64,000 nucleotides of DNA. It comes from Vitrella brassicaformis CCMP3155 (lineage: Eukaryota; Protista; Chromerida). The notes under the pieces were generated by a model. That model had not been told where the DNA came from. It saw only the letters and a list, made by a program, of their open reading frames with translations, and ran no database searches. Of the stretch, positions 27,201-40,713 are shown piece after piece; position 1 is the first letter of the stretch; each line of letters starts with the position of its first letter. Location: positions 124,001 through 188,000 of the forward strand of contig CDMY01000781.1 in NCBI GenBank assembly GCA_001179505.1, in the 5' to 3' direction. A program made the position numbers and the translations under genes.

Positions 27201-30200
27201 TGTTCTCGAGCACCTTTTGCATCTTGATGTTCTGGTACCAGATGAGGTGCATCGACGCACGCCTGTCCGCCTTTACCACCGTGCGCCGGATTGGGTTGAT
27301 CATCACATCGGCGCCGCCCATCCGGTATCCCTCTGGAGGCAGCACTTTGGCCACGTCCTCGAGCGTGATGCGACGGCTGCCCGGTTTGTTCGACGTGAGG
27401 GAAGCTCGAGAGCTGGAGGAGTGAGAGCGGTCGCCGCCGAAAAGCGCCTTGTGGAGCTTTGGGGCTGATGCCCTTGGGCGTGTGGGGGTGAAGAGGCTGC
27501 TGATGCCGTCCTCAACGGCAGGCATCGGCGCAACTGATTGCTTCGGAGCGGACCGATGGATCCACGACATGATCTCAGGCTCCAGATGACCGGCGTACAC
27601 ACTGCAACAGAGAGGCAGGAGAGTAACTCCTGTCCATTCCTGAGCTTCTCACTGACTGACCGTTTGACATCTGCCCATGCGGGACTCGTATGTAGAATGT
27701 CTCGAAGTCGGACGGCGAGGAGCCGCCCCGCCTCGGTGCCCAGCAGCACCACCCAGTCACGATGAGCTGGGGTGGCTCGATGGGCGGACTCGCCCTCCGT
27801 TGACGGTTGTAGTGTGCCCGGTCGTGTGTGGAGGATGCGTGTGGCGGGGAGGAAGCCCGTGCCACCGAGAAGCTCATCCATCTCTGGAGCGTCGCAGAAG
27901 CTGGTCGTCATCGACTCGAAACGATCACTGAGAGCCAAAATAGTCGTGTCTCACTTGTGCTCGTGTGTGTCGGTTCATCTGCTCTTTGATCTTCCTTACA
28001 CACAGAATGAGACGAAGTCGCTGTCCGACTCGGATGAGCGGACCTCAATGGACGAGAAGCGGCGCAGGAGGATCGGCGTGACCCCCAGCTCGTCTCCATT
28101 CGCCCCGTGCGCTCTCGCCGGCTCTCGACGGAGCAGCTGGCGCGACGATTTGCTTCTCGTCATCCGCCGCTGTGTCTTCGCCACACTTCTCCTTTTCTTC
28201 TTTCGCCTCCTGAATCTGCTTGTGGTGGTGCTCTTGTCGCTTTTCTTCTGTCGCACGTGAGTTTGGTGTGATGCGGGCGAAGATGGCCGTGAGGCGCTGT
28301 CGTGGGGCGAGTCTGGTCGGGGAGGCGCGAATGGCGGAGTGAAGAAGACCGCGACCTCAAAGGACGACAGCAGGAGGATAATCATCCTCAAAGACGACAG
28401 GAGACACACCTTGAGCACCTGCATAGCGTGGACCGAGAAATAGCAGTCACGGTAGCGTCCTAGCGCCGATGTATGGCTTTCGACTGACCTGAACTGATGT
28501 GGGCGGCGAGAGGGCCACTGTGAAAACCTTCGACGGGACATGCAGTACACGGACGGCGCTGTCACGGGTTAGTATCGAGAGACACGAATTGCTGCATGCA
28601 GCAATCGCAAAACGACGTGGAATAAGAGCATGCCTCCTTGTTTCTCCCTGATCCCTCACCCTTTCTCAGAGTCCTTGGTCACAAGGGCCATGGGCTGGTC
28701 ATCGTCATGGCCCTGCTCATGAGACTCCCAGCCCTCCTTCTCGTCGGCTGATGACGCATAATCCACTGCCGCTTCGACAACGCCGCCATCACCCCTCAGA
28801 CGAGCCGCGAGCGTTATGTTGCCCTGGTCGAGGCCCAATGCCAATACTGACAGGTAGACAGACAGATGGAGAGATCGATCCTACGTGCGGCCAGCTGGTA
28901 CCTGAAGGGCTAGTGCGGAAGCCCCAGAAGTGTTTGACACGAGAGAGGGGCTTGAGGGTGTACCTGGCACTTGACAGCAGCGTCGTCAGGTCGGGATAGA
29001 CACTCACGATACAGCTCTGGTTCGTGTAGGCCACCGGTCGCGCAAGCCGGGCCGTCAGCCGCACAACAGTGATCTCCTGAACGTCCTTCTTCCCAGCAGC
29101 CGCCGCGCTCCCCTTGCCCTTGCCGGGGCCCCCTGCCTGGTGACTGCCCGTCGTCAGGGCGAAAAAATGCCGACCGATTGCGTCGATGCGCCTGATCTCC
29201 ATCGCTGTCTGCGAGGACAGGGCCGCCTGCAGCGGGCATGTATAGAGACAGGTGAAGACGCGCAGCGACCAGATGCGAATAACAGCGTCCATGCCGATAG
29301 ACAGCGCCCACTTCTGCGAGCGGTGGCGCGATGGCGGGTCGAAGAAGCACACATAGTGGACGCCGCGCTGATGGCCGATAAACGTATGCTCCAGTCGAAG
29401 GGCGAACGTGAGGTGCACTACGGAACCGCAGACAGTTCAGGATACTCTCAGTCGTCATGCTTCGGCTTACCTTCTTCTTCCTCTTCGCCAGCAAAGCCAG
29501 CAAGCGTCCGATGCTGCCCGGTGTGTCTGCGCGAAGCGGGTGACATGGCGCGGTCAGCTTCGATCACTTGCGTCTCCATACGTTCATAGCCAGCCCTCGG
29601 AGACACCTCGCCTGTCTCTGCCTCGAACCAGCTGGCCGCCTCGGACCTCTCACCCTCCGGCTGCTGCACCTTATCCTTTGCGGCGCTGCTCGACCCCGAT
29701 GAGCTAGAGCGGTCGCCAGGAACAGGCGACTTCTTTCCTGATGACAGCTGCTCGCCTGCGGCTCCGTCCTCCGTGTACTTCCATATGTTGATGCGCGAGG
29801 ACCGCTGCCGATTGGCCGCGATAATGTTGTTGACCACGGCGTCACCGGTGAGGATATCGCCGCCTGTCTCGTCCCCCGCTGGCCCTGGCTGCACCCCAAT
29901 GTCGGCTGGGGAGAGCCTGTCGGAGAGGTTGAGGTAGGACAGCCAGTAGTTGACGCGGTTGTCCAGACTGCCGGTCAGCAAGATCGTCTCAAGTTTGGAC
30001 ACTACTTGGAGGTCGACGGATGTGATGGGCTCCCGATGCAGCCGGTGGCCTTCAGCCCTCAAGCGCAGCCCAAAGTCAAGTATCCACACCGTCGACTCCT
30101 CGGTCCAGACGGCGATCCGCCGGTGGGCCAACGATACCCTGATGCCGAGGATGGCGTGCTTCTTCGTCAGCTCCAGAAGACCGTCCCAGACGGGAATCAT

Positions 30201-30896
30201 CTCGTATCGAAATGGGTGTTTCCTCGCAGTCTCCGGATCCTTGACGCTATTCTCGGCCCGCTTGTCTTCGGCCGATGGCCGAAGGATGAAACTGTGGAGG
30301 CCGTGTGGTGTGCCTGCCAGCACCACCGCCTCCTTGCGTTCAGGGCCGGATGGGGCGCCGCCACGGCCGGCGGTCTGTGCTCGTGGGCTTCGGATGAAAT
30401 GGCCGATACAAGAGACCTTCTCTGGCGCTGTGAACGTCTCCAGCAACTCGAGAGACTCGCTGAGGAAAGAAAAACAGAGGAGAAAGGCATACATATAATT
30501 TGGAAATCACACAGCGTGATGTGCTTGCAGCTGACCTGTACAGCCGCCATGCCAAGTCGACATCGGCAGTGACGATGACTCGGAATACCGCCACGGAGTC
30601 GACTGCACTGATGATATTCCTGCGCTGCTGGGGGAAAGTGATCCGCCTCTGCTCCCCCTCATTGTCCCACACTCTTGCCGTCCTGCAGAAGAGGAAAACA
30701 TATGAGAGGGGCTTTCACATGTTGAGATCTCCTTGCAGAGCTGACGTGTCATCTGAGCTGACGTTTCGTCTGCGCTGAGGAATATCCCCTCCCGCAGCTG
30801 CTTGAAGTGCTGAATGACTGACTTGTGCTTGGAGAATGTCACCTCCGTTTGCAGGCCGAACGACAGCCGCCCGCCAGCAGCAACCGCCTCTGCCAT
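24299..30896 (-). CDS. Large WD40-repeat protein with long low-complexity insertions and tail (WDR87/WDR97-like, uncertain)
   Basis: HKSVIQHF...LSADETTARVWD; HREPITSVDL...LLTGSLDNRVNYW; GHQRGVHYVCF...LSIGMDAVIRIWS; further WD-like exons to about 26300; Ser/Pro/Arg-rich terminal exon with TAG at 24299. The 5' end is not certain. Confidence 0.8.
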
Positions 30897-31223
30897 CGTG
30901 TCGTTCGAAGTGGGGGCCGAGAGGGGGCCTACGCGTCACTGAGTCAACTTGAAGAGGCAGTGCGATGGACCGGATGCGCTTGGTTGTCCCTGCCGCTATG
31001 GTAATGAGGGAGAACACAACGCACATGCAACGATGGACTTCCTCTTCTTCTCTTCGCCGTGACAGTGTACGCTTGGTTGAACTTCTGTCCCTTCTTGTGC
31101 CTCTGCAGAGAGATGCGGGTGCTCGACAGCTGGCGCCAGGGCCTCCTGCTGCCGAGAAGATGGCCCTTTGTTACCTTCTCTTCGTGCTGGTAGAGGATAA
31201 TCATCCTTTCATAGTGCAAGTTT

Positions 31224-33263
31224 ATGTTTTCTGGTGCTCAGATGCACTCCAGGCTGGCCTTCGCTCTGATGCACTTACGATTGCCCAGGCGACGAAGGCA
31301 CAGGGAGCAAGGCAGGCGGCATCTGACTGCAAGACCGAGCGAAAGGGATGCTGAGGAAGTTGCCCGTCTGCCTTCGTTTTTCCCGCTCTCCGTGGCGGTG
31401 GGAGAGAGAGAGGCTGACGAGCTGCGGCTTCAGCTGGAGTACATCGGCCAAGTCATCATAGATGACACCGACAGCAGCTCTCAAGGCGAGGATGATTCCG
31501 AGGGTCTAACGGTGATTGAGGTGGAGTGCCGTCGCTGCCTGCTCCAGCCAGAGACTCGGAGCACTTCCATCAAGGAAAGGAATGGAAGGGAGCCTCGCGG
31601 CGGGCAAATGCGCGGATCCGGAAGGGGGGACTTGTCACGAAGGCCGTTAGTCGTGGGGAGAAGACCTGCTACCCTGACGACTCTCAACTACCGAGTGCCT
31701 TTAGCACGAGGTCTTGATCTCGATGAGCCGCTCAAGGCCTTCGCGGCCTCATCTAAGTGAGAGACGCGGCCTGTGGATGAGAATGTGAGCATTCGTGAGT
31801 TGATCGACAGTGACATTATGTATACATATGTATGTATACTGTGAGACACAGAAAGAGTGAAGCAATCGGTATGACATAGTGAGTGACTTGGGCAGTAAGT
31901 GAGTGAGTGAGTCAATGCTGCTGGCCGATAGAAAGGGGAAGCGAAAGCGCTACATACCGCGGGCGGCCAAGGGTGAGGTGGTCGGCGGCATCTTCGCGCA
32001 AATCAAGGCTGCCAGGAGGGAGGAGCCGTCAAAGGCCAACAGCATCCATGATAGACAGCAAGGAGACCACGGCAAGCACACACCCACACACACGAGAAAG
32101 ACAACACACGCACGACTGTCTGCTTTGTGTGTAAATAGGAGTGAGTCATCCTGTCGAGACGCCGCCACAAGGCCTAGGACAGCAGCGGCCACAGACACGC
32201 AGCCCATCGCAGCCACACGCCGATGCCGACGATAGCCCACCAAGTGAGTGAGTGACGCAATGCACCAAACATGAGACACATATACACACATGCATCCCGG
32301 CCATCATTTGCAGCGTCCGATGGTTACTTTGCAGCGTTGCGCCGCGAGCTGTACCAGCTGTGCGAGCGGCCGATGATGGACAAGGCCTTCTACACCAAAC
32401 GGTCAGCCAGCCTCAGAGCCCTGGAATGTGTGTCTCTCTGTGTGTGTCCCACAACAGCTTGTCTCGCAGCATGTTTGCCCCACAACCCAACAAGGCCACT
32501 GCACAGCCGCCGATGCCATCGGTGCGTGAGGCCGACCACCCGCTTGCAGCGTCTGCACATGATCAGTGGAACGATGAGGGTCGCTATCCCATGTCACCAC
32601 TCATGCACATGCACTCGTCTGCTGACGGCCTCAACGTGGACGACCGCCGCCCACGGCCGCACCAACACACAGGGTATACACATGCGCACAGACAGACAGG
32701 GACGGAGGTAGTGAGGAAATACAGAGAGACACACCCTGTTTGCCTGTTGGTTTGGTCGTGTCAGGTCTGTCGGCTTTCGCCAGCTCGCCAGTTCGTCATC
32801 AGACTCGTTCCGCCTCAACCAACACAACAATGCCAACCCAAACATGAGTATGCAGGTCGGTCAGTCAGTCAGTCAGTCAGCCCACCAGCATCAACATCTC
32901 TCTCTATCTGTCTCTCTCAGGGCGAGTGGAGTTCGTCGCTGCCACGCCATGATGCCTTACGTCGACTCGACGCCAGTCCGGCCCATTCTTCCTCAAGCCA
33001 CGACAATTCCGATACATGAACGGCTGTCTGTGTGTGTGAGTGGAGACGGACCGACGATGATGACTGATATGGATGGATGGATGGATGGACGTGTCTGTGT
33101 GTTGGGGACACATAATTGTTTCGGAAGACATCTCTTGTCAGGGATAGGGCCAACCCGAAACGACAAACCTTGTAGGAAAGGCCTCAGGGCCAGTTTCCAT
33201 ATACACCGCCACACGTCAGCCAAGTCGTCAGACAGGGAGAAAGATCGACTGATCCGGACATGA
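31224..33263 (+). CDS. Multi-exon hypothetical protein (both ends uncertain; may start near 31030)
   Basis: ORF 31224-31758 splices (AA|GTGAGA...ATAG|A) in frame to KGKRKRYIPRAAKGEVVGGIFAQIK, then via a GC-AG intron and four GT-AG introns to SDGYFAALRRELYQLCERPMMDKAFY and further exons. Confidence 0.6.
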
Positions 33264-33521
33264 AACGGACACGTATCCAACCAGGAGCTAACCATACACA
33301 AGAATCCCCCAGCCCGACGCACAGTGGGCAAGCACCCCTCCCTATTTGTGCCTCTTATCTCCCTTTTTTCGACGTCTGGATGGATGGATGGATGGATGGA
33401 CGTGTCTGTGCTCCAGTCACTCATCAGTCAATAATTCCTTTCACTGTACATGTCCGTCGCATCTCTGCCTGTCCCGCTAATACACAGACGCACATGTGCA
33501 CATTCCGCAACCACCTCTGGA

Positions 33522-34633
<1,112 letters not shown>

Positions 34634-34809
34634 CTAGATACGCATGACCTGCTCTGCCTTTTCGTTGTGAACACGTTTTACGGAGGCAAACTCAGGGGTT
34701 AGGGCACTGCGAGCTTTTTTGCAACCGCTGTTCCTCCCTCTCCCTCCCTCTCTTCTCTTTTCTCCTTCTTCACCCCCTCTCCTTAGCTGTGTACTGCGTG
34801 ATTGGGTTG

Positions 34810-37800
34810 ATGGCTGCCGTAGCTGTGCAGTACAGCCAGGCGCGGCTGCAAGAGTCGCCCTCATTCGGCTCCTCGTACATCAGGTGAACACACACACAGA
34901 ACAGACGAGGGGGGAGGGGGCAGGAGGCGAATACAGATTGGAGGAGGAGAGAGGGTCGTGTGGGTGAGGGGTGAGGTATTTCGTTGTTCTGCTGTGTCTG
35001 TGTGGTGTCAGGGTGGAGGTGGGCAGCACTGTGACGCCCACGACGGTGAGCAGAGGCGTATTCAGCGAGAAAGGCGTGCAGAGTGACACCGCGCCCCCAC
35101 CCACCCACATGACGTCTGTGTTGACTCTACAGGCGTTTCGTTTGGAGGTGTCGCCAGAGAATGCTCCGGTCATCGTCGAAGGGCTCCGACACTTCTTCAG
35201 GTCAGCCAGAAGCGCACCACACACGGCGAGCAACTCATGTCTGTCTGTCTTAATTGCTCTGTTGTGTGTCTGTGTGTGTGCGTGTTTCTGATCTGTGGTT
35301 GATATGATTGATATGTCCATCCATCCATCCATCCATCCATCTGTCCGTCAGGATCTACATCCGCTGTTGGGCCCAATGGGACAAGATCTCTCCCATCGAG
35401 GAGCAGCTCTTCAACGGCACACTCGGCTTCCACACCCTGTCCAACGGCCGCTCCCCCTCATCCGCCTCACCCCCTCACCGAGGCACACCCACACCCACCG
35501 CATCCACCACCACAGAGGTCGTCAACGACAGACAGATCCAGTCCCGCCCTCTCGGCTTCTCCATCTTCTCACGGTCACCGGCAGCTGACAAACCGCCACC
35601 CAGGCGGCCGACGCCAGAAGGGTCGGTGAGCGGTGGGGGCGAGGAGGCGGCAGGTGACGAGGCCACGGCCAGCAAGGCCAAGCGGGAGACGCCCAGGGAT
35701 GGCAAGGGCGGGAAGGGCGTGGGTGCGCAGGGGGCGGCTGCTGGCGTGCGGGGCGGTGGTGGCGGTGGTGGTGGTGAGGTGGTTGAGTCGCCCAAGACGC
35801 GATGGGGTGCGCACAAGGCCAGAGGGATCAGCCTCATGCGAGCGGCGCTCATCGACCAGGCGGCGGTAAGTGGCCAGGGAATGGCTAGAGGGGGGCAGGG
35901 GCAGTATACAAATCATGAGGGGGAGGGTGGATTGAAGTATCTCGTGTGTACTCTGTGTTGGTGGATGGGCGAGTGCAGATAACGATCCAGCGCTTTGCTC
36001 GCGGCAAGAGGAGTCGTGACTTGGCACGGTACCTCAGACTGCTACGCATCTGGGAGGCCACCATGACACCCCACGCCCTCAAGATACAGAGCTTCTTCAG
36101 AGGTCAGTCAGACAGCACATGTCCCGTTGCATTGCACGTCGTGAATTCCCTCCTTCCCTCCCTGTGTGTGAATCCTTCCTTCTGGCATCAATCATTCAAT
36201 TTGCCAGGTTGCAAGGGCCGCGTGAGGGCCGGGTTCCTCAAGTCCATCAAGAGCTACCAAGCACTCAGATTCGTCAAGGCGGTGAGTGAGTGGGCAGATT
36301 AGATGCGCCTCCATTTCATGCAAACACACGACGGACGGACGGATGCCTCTCTCATTGTGTGCTTGGCAGACCCTGATTCAGTCCCACTGGCGGCGTGTCG
36401 TTGCCGTACAGAACCTCCAGCTGGAATATGTGGTCAGCACCAGACACAACACGCGCACACACACAGAGACACATCCCCACCCACCGTGCGCCCGCTTGTC
36501 GATTGGTCGCCGTGTCAGATTCGCGGCATGTTGAAGGTCCGTAGGGACGCTGCGTTGGAGATCGAGCGTGTGTACCGTGGTCACTGTGGGCGTCTGGTGG
36601 CCAAGGAGGAGAAGACGCAGATCGTCTTCAGATGGATCTGGGACGGTCCTGGGCAGAGTGTCGAGGTCAGTCACAGACGAAAGGGACATATGGATCGATG
36701 GATGGATGGATGGATGGATGGCATGCCGTCGTCCATGTGTGTGTGTGTGTGTGTGTGTGCGCAGCTGGTTGGCGACTTCACCGACATGCCATGGCAAGAC
36801 CGACTGAGGATGAGGTGGTGCAACATTCGATCGTAAGCATATCCGCTACACACAGCGACATCCGGCATCAACACCTCATCTCCTGTCTGTCTGTCTGTGT
36901 CAGGTGCTACGTGCGTCCGTGGCGGCGGCGCACAGGCCGGTATGAGTTCAAGTTTCTCGTCAACGGACAGTTCGTCTGCGACGGCAGCCTGCCTGTCGAG
37001 AGGGTCAGCCAGCCACCCACCCACCGAGGCAACCACAAAGCAAAGGGCACAACACACACAACACAGCCTCTCTTTCTCTATCAGGACGAGTTTGGCAATG
37101 TCAACAACGTCATCGAAATCAGAACACTCACACCCAAATTCGGTGAGGCCAAAGAACGCACTAGCAGCTGACCCGGTCAACTCATATGCCATCTGTGTCG
37201 GTGTGTCTTCCCATTCAGTCCACCGTCGTGCCGTCACTCGCGACCCTGCGAGCGCCGAGGGCCAGTTCCGCCGCAACGGCACCGACGACGACCAGGGCGG
37301 CTCATCCAGCGGATCGGGCGACTCGTCGGGCAACGCCAACCACCAGCCGTCGTCCACATCCGGCACTCACTCCCAGTCCAGCACCGGCCGCCCCTCCGCG
37401 ACCCAGGGTGGCCAGCGCACCAGCTCTCAAACGCAGCCCGGCGCCACCACACGGACACAGCCACCGACGGCCACACACACACGACCGGCTGCTTCGATGG
37501 AGTCGGTCCCGTCAGCACCATCTGCCCCATCGGACAACCGTTCGGCCTCGCCGATGAGCACGGGCGATGCGGGCGGGGGGGTGGAGAGGAACCCCACAGT
37601 CGAGGAGAGGGTCACGGGCACCACACCCACCCAGCAGCAACAGCCGTCAGGGCCATCAGGCGTCCCGTCCCCCGCTCCCGAGGCGGTCCCCTCGCCCCCA
37701 TCCATGCCGTCACCACCCCCCGGCCCCCGACCGTCGACCATCGAGCGATCCCGCTCCACAGAGGGGCACCGGCGGCCGTCGAGTGGCTCCATCGGGTCCG

Positions 37801-40368
37801 CGTCCGAGAAGTCTTCGAGCGGCCGGTCGTCTCGCTCGCCGTCTCCCCCCGTGTGGCCGCCTCCCGAGCAGATGTATGCGCATGGCGAGAACGAGCCTCG
37901 CGACCCCCGGTTCGCCCCGTTTGTGCCGCTGAGTGACGAGGGCAGCCGTCCGAGTAGCAGGGGCAGCGGGGGCTCGAGGAGGAGCTCCACGGGCAGCGAG
38001 AGGAACAGCGACAATGGGGGAGACACGCCGAGAGGACATCGCGCTGGGTAAGTCTCACCAACCCCCCCCCCCCCNNNNNNNNNNNNNNNNNNNNNNNNNN
38101 NNNNNNNNNNNNNNNNNNNNNNNNNNNNNNNNNNNNNNNNNNNNNNNNNNNNNNNNNNNNNNNNNNNNNNNNNNNNNNNNNNNNNNNNNNNNNNNNNNNN
38201 NNNNNNNNNNNNNNNNNNNNNNNNNNNNNNNNNNNNNNNNNNNNNNNNNNNNNNNNNNNNNNNNNNNNNNNNNNNNNNNNNNNNNNNNNNNNNNNNNNNN
38301 NNNNNNNNNNNNNNNNNNNNNNNNNNNNNNNNNNNNNNNNNNNNNNNNNNNNNNNNNNNNNNNNNNNNNNNNNNCACCAACCCCCCCCCCCCCTCCCCAC
38401 AGAGAGAGAGTGGAAAGTCGTGAATGCGTCTGCTTCTCTGTCTGTGTGTCATTCCCTGGTTGCAGTGAGCGCACTGGCTTGCCTCCGCTGCCTCCCGTCA
38501 TCCCCCGCCTTCGCGAGCGGCCCGCCCCCGGCTCATCGGCCAGCAGCCGCCGACCTCCATCCATGCAGGACGAGCCCACTCCCTCCGAAGCCCCCTCCCA
38601 GCTCACCGCCATCCCCACAAAGTCGCCGCCACCACACCCCCCATCCGCCGCGCCACGCCCCAAGGTCGCAACAGCGGTCCCCTCATCCACCACGTACTCG
38701 CCCAACTACCCCCCGAACCCAACGGCAGACACGCCGGTGTTCACCAACTCCCCCTCTGTCGCCCCACCAGTGAGCGGGCAGGGGCAATACGGGGCTCCGT
38801 CGAGCTCCGTGGCCTCGTCGTCTGCCTCGCCGACATCTGCTGGGTCGTTTGGTCTCGCGAGGGGTCTGCTAGGGTCGGCGGCGTCGCTCTTCTCGAAGCG
38901 CAAGGACAAGGCGGATACTACGAGACCGGCGTCAGGCGACAACGGCAATGGCAATGGCAACGAGTCGTCGGGCTCGTCCAACAAGTCCCCACAGCCACTG
39001 GTGCCGCAGGCGAGCCAGCCGTCGGGTGCGGGCGGTCTCGCTACGCAGCGTCTGGGTGGGCTGGGGCGTGTCACGAGCGGCGCTTCGTCGACGAGCGAGG
39101 ACAGCAGGCCGGCCACCGTTGTGTCGTATACCTCACCCCAGGCGCGTCAGCCAGGCACCTTCCCCACCCCCTCACCGGTCTTCCCACGCGCACAGACGAC
39201 GCCGAGCGCCCAACTGCCATCGAGCAACGCAGCAGCGGCCCCTCCCGCCGCCCCCAGGCGGGGCATGCCCATCTTCACACCGGTCTTCCCCTCGACGCGG
39301 CCTGGCGGCAGCACGTCTTCACCCCTCGCCGCAGCAGACACACCACAGCGCCGGTCGCTCGTGCAGACCATTGCGCAGCAGCAGGCGGCCCACCAGGCGA
39401 GACAGACACAGGGAGGGGGGGAGGGCGGCAGCGGTGCCCACCACCCAGAGGGCTCGGTGCACCCCGCCTCGCCCACCCTGTCATGGGAAAGCTCTTTTGG
39501 CGGCACACGGGTCAACATGCCGCACGTGCCGTCGCCCACCAGCGGGCCGCCGCCAGGTGATGAGAGCGGCCCCTCCAGCCCTCCATCAGGAGCCGTGCGG
39601 CCGACAGGTCCTCGAATGGTGCGGCGGGGGGAGATGCGGTCTCGATCGTCGACCGGTGCGTCCTCTGACGACCTGCTGGCGGGCGATGCGGGGCCCCTGC
39701 AGTCGTCACGCAGCTCTGTGCCCGAGAGCTCGCTGTCCTTCACGTCGACGTCGGACGCCACGACCGAGTCGACTGAGGTGCCGACTGAGGAGGCGTTCTC
39801 TGAGCGGTGCCACACTGAGGGTGATGTGAATGAGGGCGACGTGGCGGATGACCTGTCGGTCAAGGAGCTCGACTCCGTGCTCGACAGTGCCCTCATCAGC
39901 GCCTTCGCGTCCTCGCCATCGAGGCCAGGGGCAGCACCCAAATCAGGTATGTCAGTCAGAAGGTCATCAGCCCAGCCACAAGCTCATGAATCTGACTCTT
40001 TGTTTCCTTCCTCTCCTCTAGGCAAGCCCCCCCGTCCTTCCCGTCCGTCTGCAGAGGAGCCGCCTTCCTCCCCACCTCAGTCATTCGGCCCACGTGGCAC
40101 CTCCCCTTCGTACGGCGTCGCAGCTCAGGGCGGCGACAAGGGCACCAGCCCGCGGCCGTCCAACACACCGCTGAGCGAGCAGTCGGAGAGCGAGTCGTGG
40201 CAGGAGATCGACAGCGGCATGGACAGCGGCCGGGAGGGTGCTGTGCCCGCCACCAGGAGCGGGCCTGCGGCTGCGAGTGCGGCTGGGGCTGGGGTTGGCG
40301 TGTCGGCTGGTCCTGCTGGGGGCCATGAGGGGAAGCGGAAGGGCCGAAAGGGGCGGAAGAAACGATGA
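34810..40368 (+). CDS. IQ-motif (about 4) plus CBM48/AMPK-beta-type glucan-binding domain protein with a long disordered S/P-rich tail
   Basis: IQRFARGKRSR, IQSFFRGCKGR, IQSHWRR, IERVYRGHCGR; then VFRWIWDGPGQSVELVGDFTDMPW...GRYEFKFLVNGQFVCDGSLPVERDEFGNVNNVIEI; in-frame join across the 38075-38374 gap; ends KRKGRKGRKKR*. Confidence 0.85.
38075..38374. other. Assembly gap (300 N) inside an intron
   Basis: N run. CACCAA followed by poly-C occurs on both flanks, so the contig ends may actually overlap. Confidence 0.99.
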
Positions 40369-40413
40369 TAGATGAATGAGAGATGATGACACCAATGCTT
40401 GGATGGATGGATG

Positions 40414-40713
40414 NNNNNNNNNNNNNNNNNNNNNNNNNNNNNNNNNNNNNNNNNNNNNNNNNNNNNNNNNNNNNNNNNNNNNNNNNNNNNNNNNNNNNNN
40501 NNNNNNNNNNNNNNNNNNNNNNNNNNNNNNNNNNNNNNNNNNNNNNNNNNNNNNNNNNNNNNNNNNNNNNNNNNNNNNNNNNNNNNNNNNNNNNNNNNNN
40601 NNNNNNNNNNNNNNNNNNNNNNNNNNNNNNNNNNNNNNNNNNNNNNNNNNNNNNNNNNNNNNNNNNNNNNNNNNNNNNNNNNNNNNNNNNNNNNNNNNNN
40701 NNNNNNNNNNNNN
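40414..40713. other. Assembly gap (300 N), intergenic
   Basis: N run followed by poly-G. Confidence 0.99.
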
